A stretch of 64,000 nt of DNA, from positions 64,001-128,000 of the forward strand of contig JBDGSL010000002.1 of assembly GCA_042217555.1 (NCBI GenBank), written 5' to 3'. This document shows, piece after piece, positions 27,835-37,105 of this stretch (positions within the stretch are counted from its first letter, which is position 1; the number at the start of each line of letters is the position of its first letter). Origin of the DNA: Candidatus Nanohalobium sp. (lineage in GTDB: Archaea > Nanohalarchaeota > Nanosalinia > Nanosalinales > Nanosalinaceae). The notes beneath the pieces are model-generated. The model saw only the letters and a program-made list of their open reading frames with translations, was not told the DNA's origin and searched no databases. The position numbers and the translations under genes are program-made.

Positions 27835-28535
27835 TGGGATCGCCACTAAAACAGCAGAGAAGAGGAAAGGGAAGTCCAAACTTCCAGGCCAATAAGAAAG
27901 GCAAGGGAGTAACGGATCACAAAAACGCAGAAGTAACGGGAACAGTAGTAGACCTGGTCCACGACCCGGCCAGGACAGCACCGGTAGCAAAAGTAGAGTT
28001 CGAAGACGGAGAAGTCAGAAACATTCTTGCACCGGAAGGCCTACAGACAGGAGACGAAATTCAGGTCGGAGTATCAGCACCTGTAGAACCCGGAAACGTA
28101 CTTCCACTAGGAGAAATCCCGGAAGGAGTACCAATCAACAACATCGAACTACAGCCAAACGACGGAGGAAAAATGGTTAAGGCATCAGGAACATACGCAT
28201 TCGTCGTAACACAGGAGCAGGACGGAGTAAGAATCAAGCTTCCAAGCGGTGACTTCAAGAAACTCGATACTGAATGCAGAGCAACAGTTGGAAAGGTTGC
28301 AGCCGGCGGAAGAAAAGACAAGCCGCTTGTCAAGGCCGGAAACGCATCCAAGGCTGCAAAGGCTCGTGGAAAACAGTACCCAACTGTCTCCGCAGTAGCC
28401 ATGAACGCAGTCGACCACCCATTCGGTGGATCAGCAAAACCAGGACAGCCAAAGACAGTTTCCAAGCACGCTTCACCAGGAAGCAAGGTTGGAAACATCG
28501 GAGCCAAACGCTCCGGAAAGAAGAACAACGACTAG
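27834..28535 (+). CDS. rpl2: 50S ribosomal protein L2 (uL2)
   Basis: QQRRGKGSP, HDPARTAP and AMNAVDHPFGG. Confidence 0.97.
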   Translation: MGSPLKQQRRGKGSPNFQANKKGKGVTDHKNAEVTGTVVDLVHDPARTAPVAKVEFEDGEVRNILAPEGLQTGDEIQVGVSAPVEPGNVLPLGEIPEGVPINNIELQPNDGGKMVKASGTYAFVVTQEQDGVRIKLPSGDFKKLDTECRATVGKVAAGGRKDKPLVKAGNASKAAKARGKQYPTVSAVAMNAVDHPFGGSAKPGQPKTVSKHASPGSKVGNIGAKRSGKKNND

Positions 28536-28545
28536 GTGAACCCGC

Positions 28546-28605
28546 ATGACTAAAATCAAAGATTTTATGGCATTGCAGAAAACCACTGAGGTGGTTTTCG
28601 AATGA
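28546..28605 (+). CDS. Intergenic micro-ORF L2/S19, 19 aa MTKIKDFMALQKTTEVVFE
   Basis: Own SD AGGTGA; ATGA overlap with S19; near-identical 5' half to 27781-27834. Confidence 0.65.
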   Translation: MTKIKDFMALQKTTEVVFE

Positions 28606-28979
28606 CAGAAGAATTCACTTACAGAGGAAAAACACTCGAAGAACTCCAGGACATGAGCCACGACGAACTAGCACCGCTTATGGATGCCCGGGCTCGCAGA
28701 AAACTGGAGAGAGGTCTTCGAGAAAACGAGGAAAAACTACTGGAAAAACTGGAGGACAAGGACCGTGTCCAGACACATCTCAGAGGAATGATCGTCCTTC
28801 CAGAAATGGTAGGAAAGACTATCGAGATCTACAACGGGCAAGGATTCGAAGAGGTTGATATTGAAGAAGAGATGATTGGCCACTACCTAGGAGAGTTCGC
28901 AAAAACCAGGAAAGAAGTATCACACAGCGCACCAGGACTCGGTGCTACAAGATCTTCAAAGCACGTACCGCTTAAGTGA
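28602..28979 (+). CDS. rps19: 30S ribosomal protein S19 (uS19)
   Basis: FTYRGK, THLRGMIVLPEMVG and EMIGHYLGEF. Confidence 0.97.
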   Translation: MTEEFTYRGKTLEELQDMSHDELAPLMDARARRKLERGLRENEEKLLEKLEDKDRVQTHLRGMIVLPEMVGKTIEIYNGQGFEEVDIEEEMIGHYLGEFAKTRKEVSHSAPGLGATRSSKHVPLK

Positions 28980-28984
28980 TTCAA

Positions 28985-29092
28985 ATGCGAAAATCAGAGA
29001 TTCGAAAATTCGGAGAATTTTCTCCAAGAAATTCCTCACGGAATTTCGTTTTCAGCCTTCCCAGAAACTCACAAGGTGAGTTTCGGCAATGA
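28985..29092 (+). CDS. Intergenic micro-ORF S19/L22, 35 aa MRKSEIRKFGEFSPRNSSRNFVFSLPRNSQGEFRQ
   Basis: Starts 5 nt after the S19 stop; ATGA overlap with L22. Confidence 0.6.
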   Translation: MRKSEIRKFGEFSPRNSSRNFVFSLPRNSQGEFRQ

Positions 29093-29511
29093 ACAAGATC
29101 GAAACAGAACCACATCAGGCAAGAGCACTCGGCAAGAACATGCCGATCTCCTGGAAAGACGCAACAGAAATCGGCCGCTTCATCAAGGGAGACACGGTCG
29201 AAAAAGCAGAGAGAAAACTGGAAAAGGTAACGGAAGAAGAACTCGCCGTACCGTACACAAAGTTCGACAGCGACGCAGGCCACCGAAGCGGAGACGGAGA
29301 CTCAGGAAAATATCCTGTCAAAGCAGCAGAACACATGCTTGAAGTCGTACAGGAAGCAGCAAGCAACGCAGAACACCAGGGACTTAACCCGGGATCACTG
29401 CATGTAGAAAACGTCATCACAAACAAAGGAAACGAGTACGCAACCCCTGGACGGTTTAGGGGAGAGAAAACCAAGGCAGCACATGTCAACGTAATCGTAG
29501 GTGAAAAGTAA
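29089..29511 (+). CDS. rpl22: 50S ribosomal protein L22 (uL22)
   Basis: ISWKDATEIGRFIKG, GKYPVKAA and NAEHQGL. Confidence 0.96.
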   Translation: MNKIETEPHQARALGKNMPISWKDATEIGRFIKGDTVEKAERKLEKVTEEELAVPYTKFDSDAGHRSGDGDSGKYPVKAAEHMLEVVQEAASNAEHQGLNPGSLHVENVITNKGNEYATPGRFRGEKTKAAHVNVIVGEK

Positions 29512-29615
29512 TGAATCGAAAACGAAAATTCAGTGAATTTTCTCAGAGAAAATCCTCAGGGATTTTCGGATCAGAGATTTTCTCAGTGATTTACACGCAA
29601 GGTGAAAATCAATAA
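29511..29615 (+). CDS. Intergenic micro-ORF L22/S3, 34 aa MNRKRKFSEFSQRKSSGIFGSEIFSVIYTQGENQ
   Basis: TAATG overlaps at both ends; own SD AGGTGA. Confidence 0.65.
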   Translation: MNRKRKFSEFSQRKSSGIFGSEIFSVIYTQGENQ

Positions 29616-30769
29616 TGCAAGAGAAACAGTTTATTGAGAAGGGAGCAAGGAAGGTAAGGCTTGATGAGTTCTTCTCGGATGAGCTTGCAGGAGCAGGTTA
29701 TTCCAACTGTGAAATTGAGAGGACTCCTACAAGTACCAAAATCGTAGTACATGCACAGAAACCAGGACTGGTTATAGGACGTGGTGGAAGCAGGATTCAG
29801 GAACTGACTGAAGATCTTGAAAGCGAGTTCGATTTCGAGAACCCGCAGATCGAGGTCAGCGAGATCGATGAACCGGATGCAGACGCAAAGGTCGTGGCGA
29901 AGAGTATTGCAGACTGGCTTGAGAAAGGAGGCCACGCCAAACGTGTAGGATACACATACGTCCGCAGGATGAAAGAAGCAGGTGTTATCGGAGCAGAGAT
30001 AGAGATTACAGGAAAACTCTCCGGTAACAGAGGAAGAACAGAGAAGTTCTCCTTCGGATACGTCAAGAGATGTGGAGACACCTCAAAGAAAAACGTTCAG
30101 AAAGGATACGAGCTAGCCCGTACCAAACCAGGTGCTATCGGTGTCAAAGTAAGGATCATGAAGGACATGCCAGGTTTCCTTCACAGAGACGTCGATGTAA
30201 GCGGTGAAGTCCTCCATGAAGTCCAGGAAACTGAGGAAGCAAGAGATAAATCCACGAGGATTGAGGAAGTCGTCAGAGAAGCAGAGAATATGACTTCGGC
30301 AGAGCTTGAAAGAGCTATCGAGGAGAAGACAGAGGAAGTCAAGACAGACGACATCTCCAAGGAGGAAATCAGGGAAGCCTTCGACTCCGCTGACGCAGTA
30401 GAGAAACTGGAGGAAGAAGCTGAAGAAGTCGAAGAAGAAGCAGAGGAAATCATCGAGGAAGAAACAGGTGAAGAACAGGAAGAAGACGTTGAAGCAACTG
30501 AAAAGGAAGCTGAAGAAGTCAAAGAAGAGGCAGAGAAAGTTGCTGAAGAGACAGAGGATGAAGACGTAGAAGAAAAGGCTGAAGAAGTTGAGGAGGAAAT
30601 GGAAGAAGTAGAAAAAGACCTTGAGGAAATCGTCTCAGGTACGATAAGCGATGCCAAAGAGATGATCAACGAACTGGAGAATCCTGACTTCACAGCCCTG
30701 CTCGAGGCAGAGAAAGAGAACAAGGACCGTAAAACCTTCAAGGACTGGCTTGAAACCCGGAAGGATTAA
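29615..30769 (+). CDS. rps3: 30S ribosomal protein S3 (uS3) with long acidic C-terminal extension
   Basis: KH domain PGLVIGRGG; GAIGVKVRIM; ~195-aa E-rich tail. Confidence 0.96.
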   Translation: MQEKQFIEKGARKVRLDEFFSDELAGAGYSNCEIERTPTSTKIVVHAQKPGLVIGRGGSRIQELTEDLESEFDFENPQIEVSEIDEPDADAKVVAKSIADWLEKGGHAKRVGYTYVRRMKEAGVIGAEIEITGKLSGNRGRTEKFSFGYVKRCGDTSKKNVQKGYELARTKPGAIGVKVRIMKDMPGFLHRDVDVSGEVLHEVQETEEARDKSTRIEEVVREAENMTSAELERAIEEKTEEVKTDDISKEEIREAFDSADAVEKLEEEAEEVEEEAEEIIEEETGEEQEEDVEATEKEAEEVKEEAEKVAEETEDEDVEEKAEEVEEEMEEVEKDLEEIVSGTISDAKEMINELENPDFTALLEAEKENKDRKTFKDWLETRKD

Positions 30770-30794
30770 AAGAGCTGAGAGGTGAAACCAAACC

Positions 30795-30983
30795 GTGAAA
30801 GCAGAAGAACTAAGAGAGAAGAGCGTATCCGAACTGAAGGAAGAACTTGGAAACCTTCAGAAAGAACTCGTACAGCAGAGAGGACAGATCGAGGCCGGAG
30901 GATTCGCTGACAGCCCGGGAGAGATCAAAGAGATGAAGAAAACCATTGCAAGAATCAAAACAGTTCTCAACGAACGCAACTAG
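30795..30983 (+). CDS. rpl29: 50S ribosomal protein L29 (uL29)
   Basis: MKAEELRE...IKEMKKTIARIKTVLNE. Confidence 0.95.
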   Translation: MKAEELREKSVSELKEELGNLQKELVQQRGQIEAGGFADSPGEIKEMKKTIARIKTVLNERN

Positions 30984-30989
30984 ATACTA

Positions 30990-31097
30990 ATGAACGAAAT
31001 TCACAGAATTTCTGGAATCAAAGGCCTTTCAGGCCTTCTGCAACCTAGAAACCTGAAAGGTTTCGGAACTGCAGAAAATCGGGAGGCCGATTTTTGA
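30990..31097 (+). CDS. Intergenic micro-ORF L29/SUI1, 35 aa MNEIHRISGIKGLSGLLQPRNLKGFGTAENREADF
   Basis: Starts 6 nt after the L29 stop; TGA abuts the SUI1 ATG; contains four perfect hairpins. Confidence 0.6.
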   Translation: MNEIHRISGIKGLSGLLQPRNLKGFGTAENREADF

Positions 31098-31403
31098 ATG
31101 TCAGAGACCTGTCCAAAGTGCGGAATGCCTGAAGATCTTTGCGTCTGCGACAGCATCGCACGTGAAGATCAACAGATTACAGTAAAACTCGACTCAAGAA
31201 GCTACAATAAAGAGATGACAGTAGTTGAAGGCCTTGAAGAAGGATCAGAAATAGACGAACTGGCCTCGACACTGAAATCCCAACTTGCCTGCGGAGGAAC
31301 AGCCAAGGAAGGCCACATAGAACTTCAGGGCGACCACAGAAGAAGAATCGTCGACATACTGGAAGACGAAGGCTTCTCACGAGAAAACATCGAAGTCAAA
31401 TAA
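31098..31403 (+). CDS. Translation initiation factor aIF1/SUI1
   Basis: CPKCGMPEDLCVC, LKSQLACGGT and IELQGDH. Confidence 0.95.
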   Translation: MSETCPKCGMPEDLCVCDSIAREDQQITVKLDSRSYNKEMTVVEGLEEGSEIDELASTLKSQLACGGTAKEGHIELQGDHRRRIVDILEDEGFSRENIEVK

Positions 31404-31596
31404 ATCTTCGACACATTTTTACTTCTCCATTTTCTCCGTATTGAGTCTCAGTAGCATGACTTACTGATTGGGGGCAGCGATTTTTAGCTTTTCTAAAATT
31501 GGAATATAAGGTTTGAGGACAGGCTTGAGGGAATATTTGATTATGTTGAGGTAGTAGATGAAGATAACTTCCTTGTTGTCAGGGCTGTGAAGTAGT

Positions 31597-31989
31597 TTAC
31601 CTGTTTCTCTCGTGTTTTCTGGCAAACTCTTGCCAGTTGTCTACAATTTTCTGGTATGCCGACCAGTAGTCCAGATGCTCTAGAGGAACTTTGTCGTCCT
31701 TGAAGGGGTGATCCTGGAACTTTAGGTCGATGTGTACAAATCCGTGTGCTGTGTCTAAAGTCACTACTTCCTCGTTTTCCTCTGTCTCAGGATTCCTGCA
31801 GACAAGAGTTATGCAGAAGTCTTCTTTTTCTTCAACGTCTTCTAGTTTATAGTCTGGCCTGTAGACGACCTCATATGCTTTGCCTTTAAACTGTCCCAGA
31901 GATAAGGAGTCGCTGGTCATTGCCGATTTTCCCTCTAAATGTTGTTTGTAATACATCATTGATAAAGTGTTGAGGTCAGACATCATCAC
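31597..31989 (-). CDS. Hypothetical protein, possible toxin partner of the divergent HTH gene
   Basis: VVTLDTAHGFVHID resembles the 'RYDNAHG' motif of DUF6516/TumE-like proteins. Confidence 0.45.
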   Translation of the reverse strand: MMMSDLNTLSMMYYKQHLEGKSAMTSDSLSLGQFKGKAYEVVYRPDYKLEDVEEKEDFCITLVCRNPETEENEEVVTLDTAHGFVHIDLKFQDHPFKDDKVPLEHLDYWSAYQKIVDNWQEFARKHERNR

Positions 31990-32022
31990 TTATTTAAGCT
32001 TTCAGCAACCACATTCCATATA

Positions 32023-32403
32023 GTGGCGGAAATGGAGACTACTACTGCAGAATCTGAAATAGATGTGGAAAAAGAGGGGTCGAAATCCTATGTTGGTGAG
32101 GACACGCTCGAATTTGTCAAAGAAGTTATTGAGAACAACAAAGACGTAAGTACTCACGTCATACCTGCTGAACTTGCCAGGAAGATAATGACGGAGAAAA
32201 GAATAGAGATTATAGAAACTATCAGAGAAGAGGAAATAGAATCCAAAAGAGATCTGGCCAGAAAAGTAGACAGAGACATCAGTGTAGTCTCTAAAGACCT
32301 CAAAGTACTCTGGAAATACGGCATCGTCGAGTACAGGGAAGAAGACAATAACCGGAAGATACCGGAGATCACAGCCGAAAAAATAATAATAGAGCCTCTG
32401 TAA
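32023..32403 (+). CDS. HVO_A0114-like HTH protein (putative antitoxin)
   Basis: KIMTEKRIEIIETI...SKRDLARKVDRDISVVSKDLKVL...GIVE...RKIP. Confidence 0.75.
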   Translation: MAEMETTTAESEIDVEKEGSKSYVGEDTLEFVKEVIENNKDVSTHVIPAELARKIMTEKRIEIIETIREEEIESKRDLARKVDRDISVVSKDLKVLWKYGIVEYREEDNNRKIPEITAEKIIIEPL

Positions 32404-32412
32404 AAACAATGT

Positions 32413-32935
32413 ATGCCGGGCGCAGTATTTCTAGAAGGCGACAAAGTCAACCTCAGAACAGTTGAGGAAGAGGATCTGGAATTTATCAGAGATGCCTATA
32501 ACCATCCTGAGGTTTGGCCTTGGCTAACTCATCAAGGTCCTCAAAACTTGGAGCAGGAGCGAGAATTCTTCGAAAACGTTATCTGCAGTGATGATCAGAT
32601 CAACCTGGCGATTTCCGACGAAGAGACTATAACGGGTTTGATATCTCTCGTTCCGAAAGATGAGGACTGTAGCAGAGATAGGTATCTGGATTCATCCTGA
32701 CTACCACGGAAACGGGTTTGGCACAGAAGCATCTGAACTCTTGGTAAAGTACGCCTTTGACCACAGGAACTACCACAAAATCGTGGCCCGTGCAATTGAG
32801 TCAAACACAGGATCTCAGAAAATCTGGGAGAAACTGGGGTTCCAGAAAGAAGGAGAACAAAGAGAGGAAATGTACAGAGACGGCAAACACAGAGACGTCT
32901 ACTACTACGGCCTCATAGAACACGAGAGAAATTAA
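32413..32935 (+). pseudogene. RimJ/RimL-type GNAT acetyltransferase, frameshifted near 32660-32666
   Basis: N-half VNLRTVEEEDL and C-half AEIGIWIHPDYHGNGFGTEA...SQKIWEKLGFQKEG lie in frames differing by +1. Confidence 0.8.
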
Positions 32936-33535
32936 ATGAGAAACAAAGTGAAGAAAGGCTATGAAGAAGGAGATTATGAATCTGATTACAGGGAAGGCAG
33001 GGACGTAAGGCCTGAAGAAAAAGATTTTTTCGACTCCCTTTCAGACCTGACAGGAGGAGATAAACTACTGGATTTAGGCTGTGGGACTGGAGTTCCTTTC
33101 GACAGGTATCTCTCAGAAAAGGGTTGGAAAGTTACAGGCTTTGATATCGCTGAAACTCACGTGGAAAAAGCCAGGGAAAACGTACCTTCTGGAGAGTTTA
33201 GACAGGGAGACTTCTTTCAACTGGACTTTGAAGAAGGCAGCTTTGACGCTGTAGTCAGCTTCTACGCTATATTCCACATTCCCAGGAAACAGCATTCTAA
33301 ACTGCTTGATAAGATAAGCAGATGGGTGAAACAAGACGGTGCTATTTTGATTACCATGGGAGCAGAAAAAATGGATATGATGGAAGGAGACATAGGAGGA
33401 GAGAAAATGCTGTGGAGCTCATACTCAGCAGAAAAGAACAAAGAAATAGTCAAAGAAGCAGGCTTCAACATAGTTAGCTCATATGAGGAAGACTGGAGAG
33501 AAGAAACACACCTTTGGATCCTAGCAAAACCATGA
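32936..33535 (+). CDS. Class I SAM-dependent methyltransferase
   Basis: LLDLGCGTG and FDAVVSFYAIFHIP. Confidence 0.9.
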   Translation: MRNKVKKGYEEGDYESDYREGRDVRPEEKDFFDSLSDLTGGDKLLDLGCGTGVPFDRYLSEKGWKVTGFDIAETHVEKARENVPSGEFRQGDFFQLDFEEGSFDAVVSFYAIFHIPRKQHSKLLDKISRWVKQDGAILITMGAEKMDMMEGDIGGEKMLWSSYSAEKNKEIVKEAGFNIVSSYEEDWREETHLWILAKP

Positions 33536-33569
33536 TAAAAACAAAATAATTCTCACATCATTATACTAC

Positions 33570-33848
33570 ATGCCACGAACACCTGAAAACCTGCCAAGAC
33601 ACGAACTGATCGGATTGGAAGCAGAAGTAGAGAAGCATCCTGATTCCAACAAAGAAGGTATCTCGGGAGAAGTACTGGATGAAACCCGTGACATGCTGAG
33701 GATAGGCGATAAATGGGTGGAGAAAAAAGGCACTACTTTCCTGTTTGAACTGGGTGAGAAGAAGGTTCGTATCGAAGGCGATATCATCGATAAAAGGCCG
33801 GAGGACAGGTTGAAAATGAAGATGCCTGGTAAATGGGAAAGTGTCTAG
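33570..33848 (+). CDS. rnp1: Ribonuclease P protein component 1 (Rpp29)
   Basis: HELIGL, ISGEVLDETR and KRPEDRLK; usual position between SUI1 and S17. Confidence 0.93.
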   Translation: MPRTPENLPRHELIGLEAEVEKHPDSNKEGISGEVLDETRDMLRIGDKWVEKKGTTFLFELGEKKVRIEGDIIDKRPEDRLKMKMPGKWESV

Positions 33849-33893
33849 TCCCTGTCATTACTGATTTAATATTCGGCGAACAAGATTTTTACC

Positions 33894-34169
33894 GTGGCAG
33901 AGTCTGAAATTGTCTCGTCTGAGGATACTCTTGGCGGTGAGCCACGGATTGAAGGCGCTAGAATCGGTGTTTCGCACATCGTCCAGTACTATGAGAGCGA
34001 GTGGAGTATCGAAAAGATTTCCCGGGAGCTGGACCTTGAACCTTTGGGGGTCGTGAAAGCTCTAGAATACTATTACAAGAATCTTCAGGAGATCCGAGGT
34101 ATAATCAGGGATCGTAAAAGTCGTGGCATTTTGTTTGGAGATGAAGAGGCGTTAGTGGAGAAAGCTTAG
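33894..34169 (+). CDS. DUF433 antitoxin-like protein
   Basis: TLGGEPRIEGARIGV...VVKALEYYY; partner toxin not intact downstream. Confidence 0.82.
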   Translation: MAESEIVSSEDTLGGEPRIEGARIGVSHIVQYYESEWSIEKISRELDLEPLGVVKALEYYYKNLQEIRGIIRDRKSRGILFGDEEALVEKA

Positions 34170-34809
34170 ATGAAGTGATGTTTAGGGAGAGGTTGTGTAA
34201 CTTGATTTTTCTCTGCAGCTGCTGAAAGATTTATCAGCAGGGCCGAATTATATTTGTTCGTGGAATTGATTGTAACTCCGCATGGAGAGGAAGATTTAGA
34301 TTCGCTGGAGAAGACAGGAAGCCTGGGTAGGATAGCGAAAAAGATTAATGAGATAGAGGGGAAGTTGAGCAAGGTTTCGATCCTGAAAAAGTAGTTGAAA
34401 AGCGGACAGGAGGTACGTGGCATCCTATTCTACAGCAAACAGTAGGAGACTATAGGATATGGTTTATCGAGGGTGGAAAAACCAAGAAAGGTGATGAAGA
34501 CAAACTATATTTGATCAGGGTATTGACCAAGCCAGAAGCATTGAAACTACAAGGTGTAGAAGTTAATCCAGATATTTATCTTTAATATCGCTCCAGTTCT
34601 TACCTTCGCCGCTGCCGACCGACTTCAAGGCCTCGATAGTTTTCTCTGCCTCTCTTCTCACATCTTCCGCCACCTTCACAGTTTCAGGCATTTCAATCCA
34701 CCTATGTCCTATTTTGGTATAAAGACTTAAACTTCTTACTGTCTTCCACCATCAGGGCTTGCACCCTTTTTAAGAGTTGTCTTCTTTTTTGTGTTTACGG
34801 CCTTTGGGT

Positions 34810-34940
34810 CGTGGATTTGGGATTCCTGCTGAAAGTCGCTTTCGAGCGAAACTGCAGATAGGGGTCCGGCTGAAAGTGGAAAACCTAGTTTTTCCTTGAT
34901 GGTCGGGTTTCTATGCTTTTTTTCAGCAGGAGTGTTCACG
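34810..34940 (+). promoter_or_regulatory. Structured RNA leader upstream of rps17
   Basis: ATTCCTGCTGAAA (34822-34834) pairs with TTTCAGCAGGAGT (34921-34933); CGTGGAT pairs with GTTCACG; internal TCGCT-TTCG-AGCGA hairpin. Confidence 0.55.
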
Positions 34941-34956
34941 AGGTGAAAAACGAATA

Positions 34957-35229
34957 ATGAGCCAAGAATACGAAGTGCGAGGCGGAACTTTCACAGGGAC
35001 GGTTGTATCTACGAAGATGCAGAAGTCCGCTACGGTGAGATGGGAGCACACACAGGAAATTCCAAAATACGAGAGAAAAGAAAGAAGAAACACCAAGGTC
35101 ACGGTTCACGTACCGGAAGACATTGACATAGAGGAAGGTGACAGAGTTGAGATAGGGGAGACACGGCCCATCTCAAAGACTAAAAGCCATGTAGTGATTG
35201 AAAAAATTGAAAACGGTGGCTCTGAATGA
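34957..35229 (+). CDS. rps17: 30S ribosomal protein S17 (uS17)
   Basis: GTVVSTKMQK and GETRPISKTK. Confidence 0.96.
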   Translation: MSQEYEVRGGTFTGTVVSTKMQKSATVRWEHTQEIPKYERKERRNTKVTVHVPEDIDIEEGDRVEIGETRPISKTKSHVVIEKIENGGSE

Positions 35230-35336
35230 AGATTTCCGCAGGAAATACTTCTGGCCACAGATTCGGAGAATCTGTTAATAGAAGTTCTGAGCAGAAGAAC
35301 TTCGGCAGAAATCACCTCAGAGGTGGTTTCGAATGA
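35226..35336 (+). CDS. Intergenic micro-ORF S17/L14, 36 aa MKISAGNTSGHRFGESVNRSSEQKNFGRNHLRGGFE
   Basis: ATGA overlaps at both ends; four hairpins. Confidence 0.65.
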   Translation: MKISAGNTSGHRFGESVNRSSEQKNFGRNHLRGGFE

Positions 35337-35734
35337 AACCTCTAGGATCGAACATAACACGCTCACTTGACCTGGGAGCAGAACTGACATGTGCAGATAA
35401 CTCCGGAGCCAAAGAACTAAAGATAATAGGCGTTAAGTCCAGAAAGGGCAGAAGAAGCAGAAGAGAAAGCGCAGGAGTCGGAGATGTCGTAAAGGTAAAG
35501 ATACTTAGAGGAGACGAAGAAGTAAGACACCAGGTATTCGACGCAGTTATAGTGCGTCAGGCAAAGGAGTTCGAAAGACCTCAGGGCCTCAGCGTAAAGT
35601 TCGAAGATAACGCAGCAGTCCTGATCGAGGAAGAGACCGGAATGCCGAAAGGAAACGTGACAAAAGGCCCGATCGCAAAGGAAGTAGTACAGAGATTCTC
35701 AGCGATCGGAAAAATCGCGTCAAAGGTGGTTTAA
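35333..35734 (+). CDS. rpl14: 50S ribosomal protein L14 (uL14)
   Basis: CADNSGAK, FEDNAAVLI and GPIAKEV. Confidence 0.97.
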   Translation: MKPLGSNITRSLDLGAELTCADNSGAKELKIIGVKSRKGRRSRRESAGVGDVVKVKILRGDEEVRHQVFDAVIVRQAKEFERPQGLSVKFEDNAAVLIEEETGMPKGNVTKGPIAKEVVQRFSAIGKIASKVV

Positions 35735-35787
35735 TGAATAAAATCGCAGATGTTAAGACTAGCCGGAAACCGGAGGTTTTCAACTAA
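35734..35787 (+). CDS. Intergenic micro-ORF L14/L24, 17 aa MNKIADVKTSRKPEVFN
   Basis: TAATG overlaps at both ends; own SD AGGTGG. Confidence 0.65.
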   Translation: MNKIADVKTSRKPEVFN

Positions 35788-36449
35788 TGGCAGATAAGAC
35801 ACAGAACTGGAGCAAGGAATGGAAGAAAAGCGAGAACCCTCAGAAACAGAGAAAATACAGGAAAAACGCTCCACAGCACGTAAAGGACAAAATGATATCA
35901 GCAAACCTCTCACACGGACTTAGAGACCAACTGGATACAAGAAACCTTCAGGTTAACCTTGGTGACAGGGTTGAAGTCATGAGAGGAGATTTCAAGGGAA
36001 GCAGCGGAATAGTAAGTGCCATAGACAGAAACAGACAGAAGATATACATCGACGGCCTTGAAGTAGAGAGACAGGACGGGACGACAAGAGAAAGACCGTT
36101 CCAGCCTTCAAACCTTCAGATACAGGCACTTAACCTTGAGGACATGGAAAGAATCGAGAAATACGAAGTAGAAGACGCAGAAGAGATCCAGATCGACGAG
36201 GAAGAAGTTGAAGAAGTGCTTGAAGAAGACGATGAGAACGAGATGATGCAGCAGATGCAGGGAGGCGGCGCACAGCCAGACATGGATATAGATGAGGAAG
36301 ACATGGAAGAAATCAAGGAGGCCGCAGAAGAAGCAAGCGAAGATGAAGGTTCCGAAGACGAATCAGAGGAACCCTCAGAAGATGAAGAAGTTGAGGAACA
36401 GGACGAGACAGAAACCTCTGAAGAAGACCAAGAAGGTGAAAAAGAATGA
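35787..36449 (+). CDS. rpl24: 50S ribosomal protein L24 (uL24) with acidic tail
   Basis: PQKQRK, GDRVEVMRGDFKG and PSNLQI. Confidence 0.95.
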   Translation: MADKTQNWSKEWKKSENPQKQRKYRKNAPQHVKDKMISANLSHGLRDQLDTRNLQVNLGDRVEVMRGDFKGSSGIVSAIDRNRQKIYIDGLEVERQDGTTRERPFQPSNLQIQALNLEDMERIEKYEVEDAEEIQIDEEEVEEVLEEDDENEMMQQMQGGGAQPDMDIDEEDMEEIKEAAEEASEDEGSEDESEEPSEDEEVEEQDETETSEEDQEGEKE

Positions 36450-37105
36450 CACATCAGAAAAGACTTTCAGCACCCAAGCATTATCCCATCTCCAGGAAAG
36501 AGAACACTTACATCTCGACGGTTAAGGGAAGCAGAAGTATCGAAGACGCTATCCCGGCCAATGTTTTCCTGAGAGATGTAACAGGTTACGCAGAGACGGA
36601 CAAAGAAGCCAAAAAAATAGTGAGAAACGGAGACCTCCTCAGGAACGGTGAAAGGATCAGGGATGTCAAGCAGGGAATTGGAGTCCTGGACGTAGTAGAG
36701 CTTCCAAAGGCAGAAGAAACTTTCAGGGCAATAAGAGATGGAAAAAACCTTAAATTCATCCCAACAGAGGATAAAAGAACGGCTGCCAAGATCACAGATA
36801 AAACTGTTGAAGACGATGAATTTATCTACCATCTTCACAACGGAGAGAACTTCAGGAGCACTACGGAATATGAAACAGGAAGCACCTTGCTTCTCAAGGA
36901 GGGAGAAGAGGAAGTCAAGCTTGAAGACGGAGCAGATGTTCTTGTTATCTCCGGTCAGCACGCAGGGGAGAAAGCAGAACTTGAAGAGATAAACAGGAGA
37001 GGGATGAATCCCGATACCGGAACGGTTTCGGAAGAAGGCACTGAGTTCGAGACAAAACTTGAAAACCTTGTAGCTCTTGGAGACCTCGAGGTGGTTTTTG
37101 AATGA
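36446..37105 (+). CDS. rps4e: 30S ribosomal protein S4e (eS4)
   Basis: HQKRLSAP, FLRDVTGYA and VISGQHAG. Confidence 0.95.
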   Translation: MTHQKRLSAPKHYPISRKENTYISTVKGSRSIEDAIPANVFLRDVTGYAETDKEAKKIVRNGDLLRNGERIRDVKQGIGVLDVVELPKAEETFRAIRDGKNLKFIPTEDKRTAAKITDKTVEDDEFIYHLHNGENFRSTTEYETGSTLLLKEGEEEVKLEDGADVLVISGQHAGEKAELEEINRRGMNPDTGTVSEEGTEFETKLENLVALGDLEVVFE

